The position numbers and the translations under genes were made by a program. The notes under the pieces are model-generated. The model was not told where the DNA came from and searched no databases. It saw only the letters and a list, made by a program, of their open reading frames with translations. From the NCBI RefSeq assembly GCF_022045235.1, contig NW_027266267.1, forward strand, positions 39,742,001 to 39,806,000: a stretch of DNA of 64,000 nucleotides. The letters run 5' to 3'. The first letter of the stretch is position 1. Each line of letters opens with the position of its first letter. This document shows positions 39,671 through 53,200 of the stretch, piece after piece. This stretch comes from Haliotis cracherodii. Its lineage: Eukaryota.

Positions 39671-40674
39671 CTGAAACACAACACACCGTCTGTACTTTTG
39701 GGAAGTGGTTAATCAACAAACTGACCATCAAGATTATTCGTTTCGTCTCAATTTGTTGTTTTTCAATGTAACTTTCAGTGATACTAGATTACAACTATCA
39801 AAAAAAAAACCCACAAATACTTACTTCAGCCCAATATTTTCAACATAGACACTTTCTCACAAACAAGTTGTTGAGATAGATGGGAAATTGTTCTGTTTGA
39901 TGATGTCCAATTGCATTCGATTTCTTGGTCGTTTTGGACCTTTTATCAATCTTCGATTATGTCATCTAATCAGAACACCCTAGTCATCTGTTTGTGCACA
40001 GTATACAGAACATGTTTCTGGTAGAATAATACCAAATATTCTCAAATAGTTAAAAATAATATTTATTTTACTAAGTAACAACTGGAGAACATATGTTCAT
40101 GCTTATTTCTATATATTCACGTTTTTTCTAAACACATCTCATCCTGTTCAGTGACCATATCTATCCTGTTCAGTGACCATATCTATCCTACCGTGAATGT
40201 TTAGAATAGAACACAACTCTTAAGTCCTCTATTTTCTTAGAATTCTCAAAGCGTACTGGCGTTAAATTAGATCATGGGGCCATTGAAGCTTAATTCATTT
40301 GCATTCCCCATTAGAGATGAACAGCAGGACAGGCAATATATATGGATATCTTATTTCATAAAACTAAGATTATATTTCTAATAATCATGTGAAAGTGGAT
40401 GTCTTATGGTCATATGAAAGTGGAGAGAGATAAATGTGCAAAAATGTATTGACATTACACAATGGCATAGAAGAAAGATAATGGTATACTGTTGGTTGAC
40501 TTAATACACTTGGTTGTTTTCATTGACATTAGAAATGTTTTTTTCACAAGTGACATCTATCATACTGTCAAGGTGTTTTGGTCTTATTTACTTCTTATAT
40601 GAAGGATTCCAACGTTCGGGATCAAACACTTTCAACAGGATTCACACATGAGACTGAAACTAGTTCCAATTTAG

Positions 40675-40935
40675 TTGGTTTGTTGTTTAACGCCACACTC
40701 AGCAATATTCCAGCTATATGACGTCGGTCTGTAAATAATCGAGTCTGGACCAGACAAGCCTGTGATTAATATCATGAGCATCGATCCACGCAATTGGGAT
40801 CGATGACATGCATCAACAAAGTCAGCGAGCCTGACCACCCGATCCCGTTATTTGCCTTTTACGACAAGCATAGTCACCTTTTACGGCAAGCATGGGTTGC
40901 TGAAGACCTATTCTACCCCGGAATATTCACGGGTC
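40675..40935 (-). mobile_element. Short retroposon family B, full length with TSD
   Basis: 13-bp TSD agttccaatttag at 40662-40674 and 40936-40948. Confidence 0.92.
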
Positions 40936-41439
40936 AGTTCCAATTTAGAGACATACAAAACAAATGAACACAATGCTTAACTGAAAAAACTAGAGTAAAA
41001 ACGAATGGACGTAGAACATCAAAGGATATTCAAAGTATGCACAGATCAAACAAATGATGACGTAAGAAAGGCATTATAGAAAAGTAATACTTGTACTGAA
41101 ATCAGGGCAACCGCCATTTTCAAAAAAGCTTATCGTTTGCTTGTAAACATGCATTGTTTTCTATCAGTACGTAAAGAAGTAAACAGATCATAAATGCTTA
41201 AGTAGAAACAAGTAATTTAGGTAATTAAACTTCAATTATCAGGTGCCAAGGGATCTCTACTAGTCATGAATTTTTCATAGTTGCCATGTGTCCATATAAT
41301 CCAACCTTTTGGGTTCAATTATAAACGACGAAATAGTTACAACTTTAGAGACTAGCAGAAGCATGGAAGCGCCTTAGTCGTATCCTTGATCCTTGTTGTG
41401 ACAGACACCACGTGATAACTTACATCCAGCGACAAGGGG

Positions 41440-43166
41440 GAACAATCTAAATGTGGTAAATCGCCCGGTTTATTACACTTTTATTTCAATCCCTTGTAAA
41501 ATATATGCAGACATATTAAATATTGTTGGTTGGAGAGAAATACTATCTTAGCTGATGAACAAAATGGTTTCCGATAACAAAGAGATTGTACGGATCATCT
41601 ATATGTTTTATCTACTTTAATTAAACAAAGAATAGCTTAAATACAATCAACTTTTGTTGGTTTTGTTTTAAAAAAAAGGCTTTTGATACCGTTACAAGGG
41701 ACTATTTGCGGTTCAAGCTGCGTCATGCAATCTCTTTATCGTGGTGTGAATTGTTTTGGCAAATAAATGGATATTTCACTGAACGTTTTCCTGTTTATCA
41801 AGGAGTAAAACAATGCTGTAAATTCTCCCCTACTTTATTTTCTGTGTACGTTCATGATATGGATGAATGTATCAATAATCTCAAGTGTGGTATTCAAATA
41901 GATGATCTAATGTTATCTGTGTTGTTGTATGCTGCTGATATCGTGCTCATTGCTCCAGATGAAGCGTCTCTACAATCTATGCTCAAATAATTGGTGCAAA
42001 CGTTGGCAATTAACTGTAAATAGCAGCAAGATAAATATTGTACACTTTCAATGTGCTTCTGTAACACGACCTGAGTTCAATTCAATTGTGGTGATGTCTC
42101 ATTACAGAATGGTGAACGTCATAGATATCTTGGCTCATGGTTCAATTACTTCTTAGATATAGGACAGACTGTTAGGAAACACTATAAATCTGCCAGTCGC
42201 GCCGTATCATAGCTATTTAAGACGTATAATGTGGCAGGAGGTATGTCTAACCATGCATGTGTTAAGTTCTAGAACTTCTCTGGTTGAACCAGTCATGTTT
42301 AATGGATCATCAATGTGGAGTATAAACACATGTATGCTAGTTAATATCACAGAAAACAGAGCATGTCGTATATTTTCCGGGTGTACATAAAACCACTTTC
42401 AATCTTGATGTTAATGGTGATATGGGGCTTGCTTCACCTATTCATAAAGTACACACTAATGTTTTTAGACTTTTTATTAAGTTTGAACAACAGAATTTGC
42501 TCTAAGGTTTTTAATTGGTCTAAACATAACTGTACATATTGGGCCAGTAGAGTAGACAAAAAAGCAATCAGCTGCAATTTTAAAATATTTCATATTTAAC
42601 ATTTGCAAAATACAATAAAAATAGAATTTATTAAACAATGCTTTCACGAAATTAATAACTGAAATAAATTATTTATGGGATGATCGCAGGAATGTAAATG
42701 GCAACAAATAAAGAACACATAGATAATTTAATTCTATCTTTTAATGAGGTTGAACCTCATGTATTGAATATTAATTTAAGAGACCAGCAACGAGTTTTAG
42801 CAATGTTTAGATGTGGTTCCCTGCCTCTTGCCTATCAGCTGATAGGATTTGTACACATCGTTTTAACTCTTTTAGCATTTCCTCTGTTGAAGATGAGACG
42901 CACTTTTTAATTGGTGATCTTTTGTATTCTGATTTGAAAGAAGAATTATTTTTGTTAAAGCAACAATTAGTATTGCATATTTTAAAAATCTTAACGAAAA
43001 TGATCTGTTAATTAATTTAATGTATCTAATGAAAAATATTTGTATTCAAGCAACTGTATCAAGAATTCTTCTGAATATGTATAAGCGAAAGATTCTTTTA
43101 TGTAAACACCTCTTTTTATATCTGTAATTTAATTATGAATATGAATTGTCATTCAAATGTATATAT
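41440..43166 (+). mobile_element. Decayed RTEX-like LINE (RT to C-terminus)
   Basis: LADEQNGFR, KKAFD, QGVKQ..SPTLF, LLYAADIV, FRCGSLPL, VEDETHFL. Confidence 0.85.
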
Positions 43167-43177
43167 TTAAATCATAT

Positions 43178-43235
43178 GGCACTCATGAAGAGCAATCTCC
43201 ACGTTGTGAGTGCTTGGCAGTGCTAATCGCTCTTC
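43178..43235 (+). ncRNA. Candidate HDV-like self-cleaving ribozyme at the LINE 5' end
   Basis: P1 GGCACTC/GAGTGCT with G-U first pair, P2 GAAGAGC/GCTCTTC, L3 TCCACGT, J4/2 GCTAA; P3 has one mismatch and P4 is minimal. Confidence 0.65.
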
Positions 43236-46200
43236 CCCTGTGTTGACCCGGGATGCAATGTGTCCTCATCACCCCATTGCTTGTCATATGAGGCGACTAA
43301 ATTGGGCAACCCGTTTGCCGTGGGTTGTGCCCCTGTGTCGGTGGATGGTGGGATTCCTGTGTCAAGAACAGGTGTTCCTTTGCCCAACACACCACTTTGA
43401 CCCTCACTTCACCTGGACGGGTGGTAGGATGGGCCCGATCCTATCATTTGGCTGGTCATGCCAAGCCCTGTGCATGGTCAATTTTTATTTTAAATATTTC
43501 TGTCCTCCTGTTCCACACAATTACTATGGAAACCTTCCAATTTTGTATAAATTAAAAACATGCCTTGAGTCCGGTGCCAGAAGACTGCTGCTCATTGGCC
43601 AATCTGGCATTATTGGCCTCCGGGTTCTAACTATCTTCAGATAATTGCCAAGCGTGGAAGGGTGGAACCAGGCAAAATTTAATTTTGTTTGACACTATTA
43701 GCTACCCGTGTCTCTATTGCTCGAGTATAGCATCCCTGTAGCCCTGGTGTTTTGTTTACCAATGAATGCAAACAAGCAAGAAAGCGTAGGAAGGAAGCGG
43801 AAAACTATTTCCGTAAACATCCTGCAGTACATAACTTGAATAATGTTAAAATTACTAGTGCCAAGGCACGACGTGCTTATAAACATAATAAACGTCAATC
43901 ATGGAGGAATAATGTCTCCAAATTTAATTCACGCACACTCATGTCCAAGGTATGGAACATGGTTAAAAAAAAAAAAGGTAAAGGTTCCAAATCGTCTGTA
44001 CACCATCTTAAAGACGGTGACAAATTAATAATTGATCAGTCTGCCATTATCAGTTACTCAAGCATTTGCCTGAATTATTTCTTGAGACACTTTTAGATAT
44101 ATTTGACCAAACATGGACATCAGGGAATTTCCTCTTTCATGGCATAATGCCATTGTAGTCCCCATACCAAAACCTGGCCGGGATCATGCAGATCCCTCAA
44201 ATTACCGCCCTATATCATAAACCAGTTGTGTTTGCAAAACCATGGAACGAATAGTAAATAATAGATTAGTGTGGTGTTTTGAAACCAACAATCTTGTTAC
44301 TAATAGTCAATGTGGTTTCCGGAAAAATAGAAGTACTGTTGATCATTTAGTACGATTAGAATGCTTTGTTAAAAATGCGTTTGTAAATAAACAACACATA
44401 GTGTCAATTTTCTTTGATCTTGAGAAAGCATACGATACTATCTGGAACATTGGCATTTTAAAGGATTTCACGATTTTGGTTTGAGCGGTAGTTTACCTCA
44501 TTTTATATCAAATTTGTTAACACACAGACAATTTCAAGTCCGACTGGTTCCATCCTGTGTGACCATTATAATCAGGATCAGGTTGTCCCACAAGGCAGTT
44601 TGTTGTCTGTAACCTTGTTTAGTATTAAAATAAATAGTCTGTCCAAGGTTGTAAGTGATTCAGTGGACGGATCACTTTTCGTGGATGATTTTAATATTTC
44701 TTGTCGTGGTAAAAAAATGCAAACAATAGAGAGGCAGTTACAAATCTGTCTCAATTAAATTCCCAAGTGGTCCCTAGAAAATGGGTTTATATTTTCGAAG
44801 TCAAAAACTAATTGCATACATTTTTGCAGAAAATATAAGCCGCATAAAGACCCTGAACTATTTTTGAATATCACCCCTATCAAAGTGGTAAAAGAGGGAA
44901 AGTTCTTAGGACTTATTTTTGACAGCCATTTAACTTTCTAACCACATATAAAATACCTTAACGCTAAATGTCTGAAGGCACTCGATTTATTGAAAGTAGT
45001 TTCTACTTCTAAGTGGAGAGGGGATCAGACAACACTCTTGCACTTGTATAGATCACTGACCCGTTCCAAACTTGATTACGGCTCCATCGTCAGTGGCGGA
45101 GCATGTAAAAGTAATTTACAAAAACTACATACTATTCATCACCAAGGCCTGAGCCTTTGCCTTGGAGCCTGTCGCACTTCTCCTATTCCAAATCTGTCTG
45201 TTGAAGAGGATGAGCCTTCTCTTAAACAACGCCGTCTGAAATTATCTTTACTATACATCACTAAATCATATTCTAATTAGTCAAATCCAGCTTTCAAATG
45301 CGTTTTTAATCCTCTTTACGAAGATATTTACAATAAGAAAACATCTCTTGTTCCACCACTTGGAATAAGAATTAAATCTGTCGTTTCTTCTGCTAAGATT
45401 AACTCTCAGGATGTAGCTCCCATACAACTGTTTTCATCGCCTCCTTGACAAATGGTAAGGCCAATGTAGACCTCGTATTAACTAGACTTAAGAAATCTGA
45501 TACAAATCCACAAATTTATAAACAAGAATACAATCCGTTATGAAACACTTATGACACTTATAAATCTATATTTACAGATGGATCCAAGGATGGTGGCGCT
45601 GTTGCTAGTGCCACTGTCATTGGATCCAGAACAATATCATCACGACTACCAGATAATAGTTCAATATTCACAACAGAAGCAAACGCAATTTTAACAGCAC
45701 CAAAATATATCAAGAAACAATCCAAATATAAACAATTCATAATTTTTTCAGATTCACTTTCGTGCCTTCAGGCCATTAAACATATGTTCTGTAAACATCC
45801 ATTTTTAATTAAAATTATTGAGTTATTTAATTATCTTGCTACTGGCCAATATGACATCGTCTTTTGTTGGTTACCCAGCCATGCTGGTGTCATTGGTAAC
45901 ACAATGGAAGATGCTGCTTCAAAAGCAGCACTCAACAGATCTGTGACACCACTTCTGATCCCATACACTGACCATAAACCCGTGATTAGATCTTACATTC
46001 GTGATCTAATGCAAAAGAAGTGGGACATCCAAGTAGGTATAAATAAGTCACATGAAATTAAACCAATTATCAGATATACCTTCTGTGGCTGTCAGTCAAG
46101 TCATTTTGCGACGATTGGCCACAGCATATATACCCATTAATATCTATTGAAAGGTGAGGACCCTCCGTTTTGCATCCCTTGTGATGAAAGAATCACGGTC

Positions 46201-46668
46201 AAGCATGTTCTGCTTAACTGTATTGATTTTTCCATCACAAGGGATAAATATTATTGTGTAAAAACAGACAAGGACCTTTTTAGTCATGTAAATTCTCCTT
46301 TAATATTGTGCTTTTTAAAGAAAATAGAAATAATTCATAAATGTTGATGTACATAATGTGTTTGTTTATATATTAGTAATGTTAACTTGTAACTTAGATT
46401 GTTAGTGGCTGTACCCTTGAGGGGGGTTAAAGAATTATAAATTTATTGTCCCCCTAAGTGGGTATGTCATTTCCACATCATTCGAAGTATGTTTATGCAT
46501 GCCATGTTTTTAAACGTAGTATATTCGTCATTTTAATCTTTGGCTTGACGACTACACTGTCGCCAGTGACTGAAGGGATGGTATAAATCCTGCCGGGGTC
46601 CATGCAGGAAGCAAAGGCATTTTAAGTCCCCCTGGTCCCTAGTATGGTGATCTCCCTTTAGTTACTGA

Positions 46669-46934
46669 ACCGTGAAGATCTGGGATAGAATAGGTCTTCA
46701 GCAACCCATGCTTGCCGTTAAAGGCGACTATGCTTGTCGTAAGAGGTGACTAACGGGATCTGGTTGTCAGGCTCGCTGACTTGGTTGAAGCATGTCATCG
46801 ATCCCAATTGCGTGGATCGATGCTCATGATATTAATCACAGGCTTGTCTGGTCCAGACTCGATTATTTACAGACCGCCGTCATATAGCTGGAATTTTGCT
46901 GAGTGCGGCGTAAAACAGCAAACCAACCAATCAA
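46669..46934 (+). mobile_element. Short retroposon family B inserted in the LINE 3'UTR
   Basis: 15-bp TSD ccctttagttactga at 46654-46668 and 46935-46949. Confidence 0.92.
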
Positions 46935-47559
46935 CCCTTTAGTTACTGACGATCTCTAGCCCATTTTTATATTGTGTTGGTAATTGTTTCTGTTTTTAAA
47001 TGTTCCGCTACTAGTTTTAAATCGACTCAGTGATATTCTAGTTATTGTACTTTCTTTCGATGACAGTTTTTTATAAAGTCTATATATATGTCTTATTAAT
47101 GTATAACTTCTCGTCACGATATGGCTGAAATATTGTCGAAGTGACGTTAAATATTAACTCACTCACTCACTCACTTAAATCATATAGTCTTGTAAAAATA
47201 TATACAATGCTTTTACCATGTCTCATAAGCCTTAAACATGAGCGTTATTTCTATTTCACTTGTATTAATTTGTATTTTATACCCTTTTCAACACTATCAA
47301 CAATTACAAAATTACCATTTGTACACTGTACTTTCCTTCGTACGAGTGGGATTACAAATTGAACTACATGTGTATATTCTTCTTTCTTTCAACAACGGAA
47401 TTGCTACAAAGGCCATTTTTATCAGAAATTGACTTCATTATAACCTGTGATTAACGGAAGTGTGAAACATGTTTTTTTCAATTGAGTTTATTGTTCGCTT
47501 TTCGGGTGTTTCATTTATTTTGTTGGGAGACTGTTCTTTGTTTAAAATATTCGCCGATC

Positions 47560-50209
47560 TGTGCATAAAGTGATAGAGCACCGACCCCACTTTCTTCGTT
47601 CCTCGTTCTCGGCAAGGTTGTTGCTGTGTTGACTGATAACATTCACAGGCTCAAGCATGATGAACATCTACCTTTACCACCTATGAAACCGAAGTTATAT
47701 AGGACGCAAGAGGCTACACTTGCGGAATTCCCAAGTATGGATGAAAACTTCTGCATGCTGGTACGTAATCCCGACACGAATGTTACGTTAGTGGCATCCC
47801 TGTTCAATGATTTGACATCGGTCTCCAGATACTCTACGGATATCGGAGTTAATATAAATTGGTTTGTCAGACACATCATCCCACCTTTACAACCATCCTA
47901 TGATAGAGTTGCCCCAGAAACACCCATGACTATTAGGACCGATCAGGTCGGACTCATCCATAGCCTCCTGGACTCGATTTTCAGGATGCAGGAAGACTTA
48001 TTCTCCTGGACTTCTACACTTTCAACATCAACAACTTTTAGCCCAGATCAGATCCAGAGCCGTGTGAAACCAAACCAAGAGTTATTATGACACAACCTAT
48101 ATCAGCGACCACAACATTCAACGGAAAATTAAGACATGTCATAGATGAAGTTAAACAAGACACAGCAGAACGTTCCTTACAACCCCCTCTGACAGTTTGA
48201 CCCTTTCGACCTGGTGATATCTATGGATTGTGATTTACGCCTACCGTCTTTCAACATAACGCTGACTCCGGGCCCAGTGGGAGGGCAGTTTTGTCATACG
48301 CCGAAAATTGGGAGCAAGTTACGCCCGACCTCTGGATTCTGGACGTTGTGGCTCTAAGATACAAGCTACACCTCAGGAAACATCTTAACCTGAACGAAGA
48401 CTTTATGAAGCTAGTACGCAACTCTCCACCCATGTCTGATGCTCATGATATCAATCACTGGATTGTCTGGTCCAGACCCGATTATCCCCCAAGTCTGGTT
48501 GACTCACAGCTATTTTGAGTTCAGAGTCAGCAAATACTAGCAGAGATTTGTTAAAAAGCTATTTCCAGGTAAACCAAGAGATTGATAATGTCACAACCGA
48601 TTTCGGCTCCCAAGACATTCAAAGACAAATTGGGACATATCATAGACGAAGTCAGACAATATACAAGGAACGATTCCAAGCATCAACTATCTGCCTAGCT
48701 GCCAAGACTCACGGATCTTTCCCCTCCCTGTAGAGCTTGAAACTGGTCGACTCAACATACGGGATTACAGTTTAAAGCGCAGGAAGGATTACATGTCACT
48801 TGTCTAGACTGACTGTAAACATTTTTACCATAATCAGGTCAACTGACTCCGTGCAGTATATTTGTACAGACTGGCTTACATGGTCGCTTATACGTAACAT
48901 TACAACCACTCGACCAGACGCCTGTCGCTGTACATCATGTACCATCTGATGCCTGCCTGCACAGTGAACGAGACACAACGCACCATCGTTCCCCGATATA
49001 ACAACGGGAACCCTTATGCGAAGCCCAAGAGATGGAAACGATTCGTACGGTACAATCTTTCAGACCAAGTAATTTTGTACATTCAACCTGTCCTACGCGA
49101 TACTTTGTTGAATTTTTCCCACGACCGCTCCTCGATACTGAGCGGGTGCGCCTATACGTCTTTCCAGGGATTTGGCATTGCTTCGCTGACAACATATTTT
49201 CACGTTTCGTCATGTCCCGGCACGAGCGGAGAATCGACTGAAGTGGACGAACTGACTCCATCAGTTGTCGGATGGAAGCGAGACATATTCCCGTGAAACT
49301 GAACATCCTTGTCGACATTTTTTCCCGCTACGGGAGTATAGTGGTAACAGAATGGACCTTACATCCCCAGATTTTTGCTTGGATAACCACGTTATGGGAC
49401 ACACCGCACGTAGATCTATTTGTCACCTACAAGAACCATCAACTCAACAAGTGGAATCTGTCACCTACAAGAACCATCAACTCAACAAGTGGAATCGTTT
49501 CGACTATTCATTCTACTTGTCATGGCTACAGCAGCAACAGTCCGGAGTTACATGCCTTAGACTATTCTAGTCTTACCCATGATCAACATTGGACCTCAAT
49601 AACTCTAAGATCGCTCCCAGACTTCGTAGCCAAGTATCAATCTACCACAATGGGACCGTTGGGTCATAGACACTATACAATTCCTGCCTTTGAACCAACA
49701 GTGTATCACCCAGACAGACTCTTATGTCCCATCAGAGCTCTCGAGTTCCATCTTTTGGCACAGACCTATAAAGACGCCATCGGAGGTGACTTTTCCTATC
49801 CTGTAAGACCATCTCAAACAAGGATATCACCAAGGCTATTTTAGCAGGATAGATGAAAGCACAAAGTTGCACAAAGTTATACACAGGCTCAGAATTCCAC
49901 GCCACGATTCGGATCTTGCTCAGCTCACCAAATCTGAGCCCTAGCCACGCTTCATGGACATGAGTCTCAGTAAAACAAGTAGTTTCTAGCTGTCAGTTGG
50001 CCCCACAAAACACCCTCACCAGCTTTTACTTACGTGACGTGCAACCGGACTTAGAGGACATATATTCTCTTTGTCAGGTGATCGCGGCACAAACTGTCAT
50101 CCGCCATAGGATGGATTAGAAGCAACTTAAATGTCAACTATCACAATTTATCGGAAATGGCTTCATTACCGAAAGTGATAGAAGAACCGAAAGTGACGTC
50201 GTCAGCACC
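47560..50209 (+). mobile_element. DIRS1-like retrotransposon relic (internally deleted)
   Basis: PVGG..W..VT.D.WIL (RT start); RHIPVKLN..DIFSR..EWTLH..W.TP.VDLF (RNase H / MT); FVAK.Q..LCPIRAL and FYLRDV (tyrosine recombinase); aagtgatag motif near both ends. Confidence 0.8.
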
Positions 50210-53200
50210 GATCAAAAGAAAATTCCGAAATGTCCAACAAATGGCCAAAATTGTATGACATTACTTCCAACAGGTTATGGAAAGCAAGAGATGAACGATG
50301 TCTCGCATTCGGAATCAGTCGTCCAGTCCATAACTGTCGTTTGAAATACCCGTGGTTTGCCTTGTTGAGGTTGCATAATTAGAAAACATATTCCGACTGT
50401 CAGTGTCTCAATCTGGTAAGCAACACTCCGATTGATCGGATGAAAGGTCCTTCTGACGTGTCACGTTATGGGATGTCCTCAGAACTGTGTTTAGCGGTAG
50501 CGAGAGCGAAGATCTGATTTTAATGAGATTGATTTTCCACCTAGTCGATATTTGAAAATGCACATTTCAAAACCAACTTAAGCCTGTGTGCTTAACACTA
50601 ATGCCAAACAGAGTTGAATGGGAACCTTTTTTAAGACATTCCCATTTAAAACCGACCAGCTTAGTTGACCAGTCACTAGAAAGATGTTCAGTCAGCATTG
50701 TTAGTTGCGCCACATCACTGATCAGTGAATAGAATCTATGCTGCACAAGTTTCTGTTTCAAACTAGTCTGCTTGTGTAGCAGCAATATGAGACAAACATT
50801 CACACCATTCACATCATGCATGGTCCAGGGAAAATCATTAATACTATGACAGGACTGGCCGAATGTCAACAACGTCTGACTAGCCGTGACGTTTCATAGA
50901 CTAGGGTTAGAGTAGCTTTCCCTTGATAAAGGGCAGTTATCACCGATGAATTGCCGCGAAAGGCAATTAAAAATAATTTGTGTAGGCAATTGTTCGTTTT
51001 GCATATATGGAGTTACCCCACTGTAGAAGAAATAGGTTTCTGTTGGAACTATATTAGCTACTGTCACTGTCCGACTGACACACCACTTACCCTCTGATGC
51101 TTTTATATATAATGTGCACATTCCAGGAAAAGTTACAGTGTTTAGGTAATCTTCGTGAGAGATGGGATTTTCGAACACAGAATTGCTGGCAAAATACAAT
51201 GTTTATTCCAAGTACAGGATATGTACCATCCCCAAACACACTCGCGTGATAAACTCTTTTACTGAACACTGTTTGATAGACTTGGATAATAGCACCCCGC
51301 TTCCATGAAAATTCTTTTTGCACAAGCATACATCGCATCCTTCAACCTTACATTCAACCATTTTCATAATACTTATGCTAAATATCGATTATAATACAAA
51401 TGTACTCCTGGATTGATGAGGTGATGGCCAATAACGTACACTTACGAAATGAACTGATTTAAAAATCAACGAATCTGTTTTGTGTGTGGCTGCCATCGCA
51501 TTCCACCAACTCAGTTGAGCATAATTGTTTTGTGGCGGAACAGTCTGAATGCTTCTTAAAGGTTGTACCTGTTGAGTGGCTTGTTTCTGACGAACACATA
51601 CAGGTTTCAAAGTACATATCCACACAATATCATTAAAATCAGATCTAAGTGCTCGCTTCCGCTACCCAAAGATCTGAGTGAGTGAGTGAGGTTTTACGCC
51701 GCTTTTAGCAATATTCCAGCAATATAACGGCGGGGGACACCAGTAATGGGCTTCACACATTGTACCCATATCGGGAATTGAGCCCGGTTCTTCGGCGTGA
51801 TGTGCGAATGCTTTAACCACTAGGCTAACCGACTGCCCCCGGAAGATCGGAAGATATCCCACAACAGTTAAAGTCAGAATGACCTTTCGTGAACTTTGAC
51901 CGATAAATGAAATGATTTACAGGAAGTCAGCATGAACAAATCAGAAAGCAGCTTTCTCGAACTTTACCATTCTAGTTTCAAACTTGCGACTTTTATTCCA
52001 GACTACGTTTTTAAAGATATATTGACAAAAACTTCAAATCACAATTTCAAAACTGATCAAAAGAAAATTCCGAAATGTCCAACAAATGGCCAAAATTGTA
52101 TGACATTACTTTCAACAGGTTATGGAAGGCAAGAGATAATTGATGTCTCGCATTCGGAATCAGTCGTCCAGTCCATAACTGTCGTTTGAAATACCCGTGG
52201 TTTGCCTTTTTGAGGTTGCATAATTAGAAAACATATTCCGGCTGTCAGTGTCTCAATCTGGTAAGCAACTCTCCGATTGATCGGATGAAAGGTCCTTCTG
52301 ACGTGTCACCTTATGGGATGTCCTCAGAACTGTGTTTAGCGGTAGCGAGAGCGAGGATCTGATTTTTTTAATCAGATTGATTTTCCACCTCGTCGATATT
52401 TGAAAATGCACATTTCAAAACCAACTTAAGCCTGTGTGCTTAACAGTAATGCCAAACAGAGTGGAATGGGAACCTTTTTACGACATTCCCTTTTAAAACC
52501 GACCAGCTAAGTTGACCAGTCACTAGAAAGATGTTCAGTCAGCATTGTTAGTTGCGCCACATCACTGATCAGTGAAAAGAATCTATGCTGCACAAGTCTC
52601 TGTTTCAAACTAGTCTGCTTGTGTAGCAGCAATATGAGACAAACATTCACATCATGCATGGTCCAGGGAAAATCATTAATACAATGACAGGACTGGCCGA
52701 ATGTCAACAACGTCTGACTAGCCGTGACGTTTCATACACTAGGGTTAGAGTAGCTTCCCCTTGATAAAGGGCAGTTATCACCAATGGATTGCCGCGAAAG
52801 GCAATTAAAAATAATTTGTGTAGGCAATTGTTTGTTTTGCATATATGGAGTTACCCCACTGTAGAAGAAACAGGTTTCTGTTGGAACTATATTAGCTACT
52901 GTCACTGTCCGACTGACACACCACTTACCCTCTGATGCTTATATATATTAATGTGCACATTCCAGGAAAAGTTACAATGTTTAGGTAATGTTTGTTAGAA
53001 ATGAGATTTTCGAGCACAGAATTGCTGGCAAAATACAATGTTTATTCCAAGTACAGGATATGTACCATCCCCAAACACACTCGCGTGATAAACTCTTTTA
53101 CTGAACACTGTTTGATAGACTTGGATAATAGCACCCCGCTTCCATGAAAACTCTTTTTGCACAAGCATACATCGCATCCTTCAACCTTACATTCAACCAT

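Larger units (their letters stand above)
43178..47174 (+). mobile_element. I/Nimb-clade LINE with both termini intact, most of ORF1/APE deleted, RT + RNase H + CCHC
   Basis: 11-bp TSD ttaaatcatat at 43167-43177 and 47175-47185; PIPKPG, QCGFRK.RST, FFDLEKAYD, VPQGS, FVDD, RSKLDYG; RNase H FTDGSK, FSDSLS, WLPSHAG..GN; CIPC...KHVLLNC; (ACTC)n tail. Confidence 0.92.

Noticed and set aside
39820-41400. Candidate signal-peptide exons (donor near 39825; MLLLVSKVV.. near 41365)
   Set aside because: The first has a stop in the required phase and the second has no phase-1 donor
46669-46750. Pistol-ribozyme resemblance of the family B 5' end
   Set aside because: P1 and a pseudoknot are present, but the P2 stem and the GU cleavage junction are not
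51408-51456. Hammerhead-like tgatgag...cgaaa in each array unit
   Set aside because: The core reads TTGATGA rather than CTGATGA, and stems I and III cannot be formed convincingly
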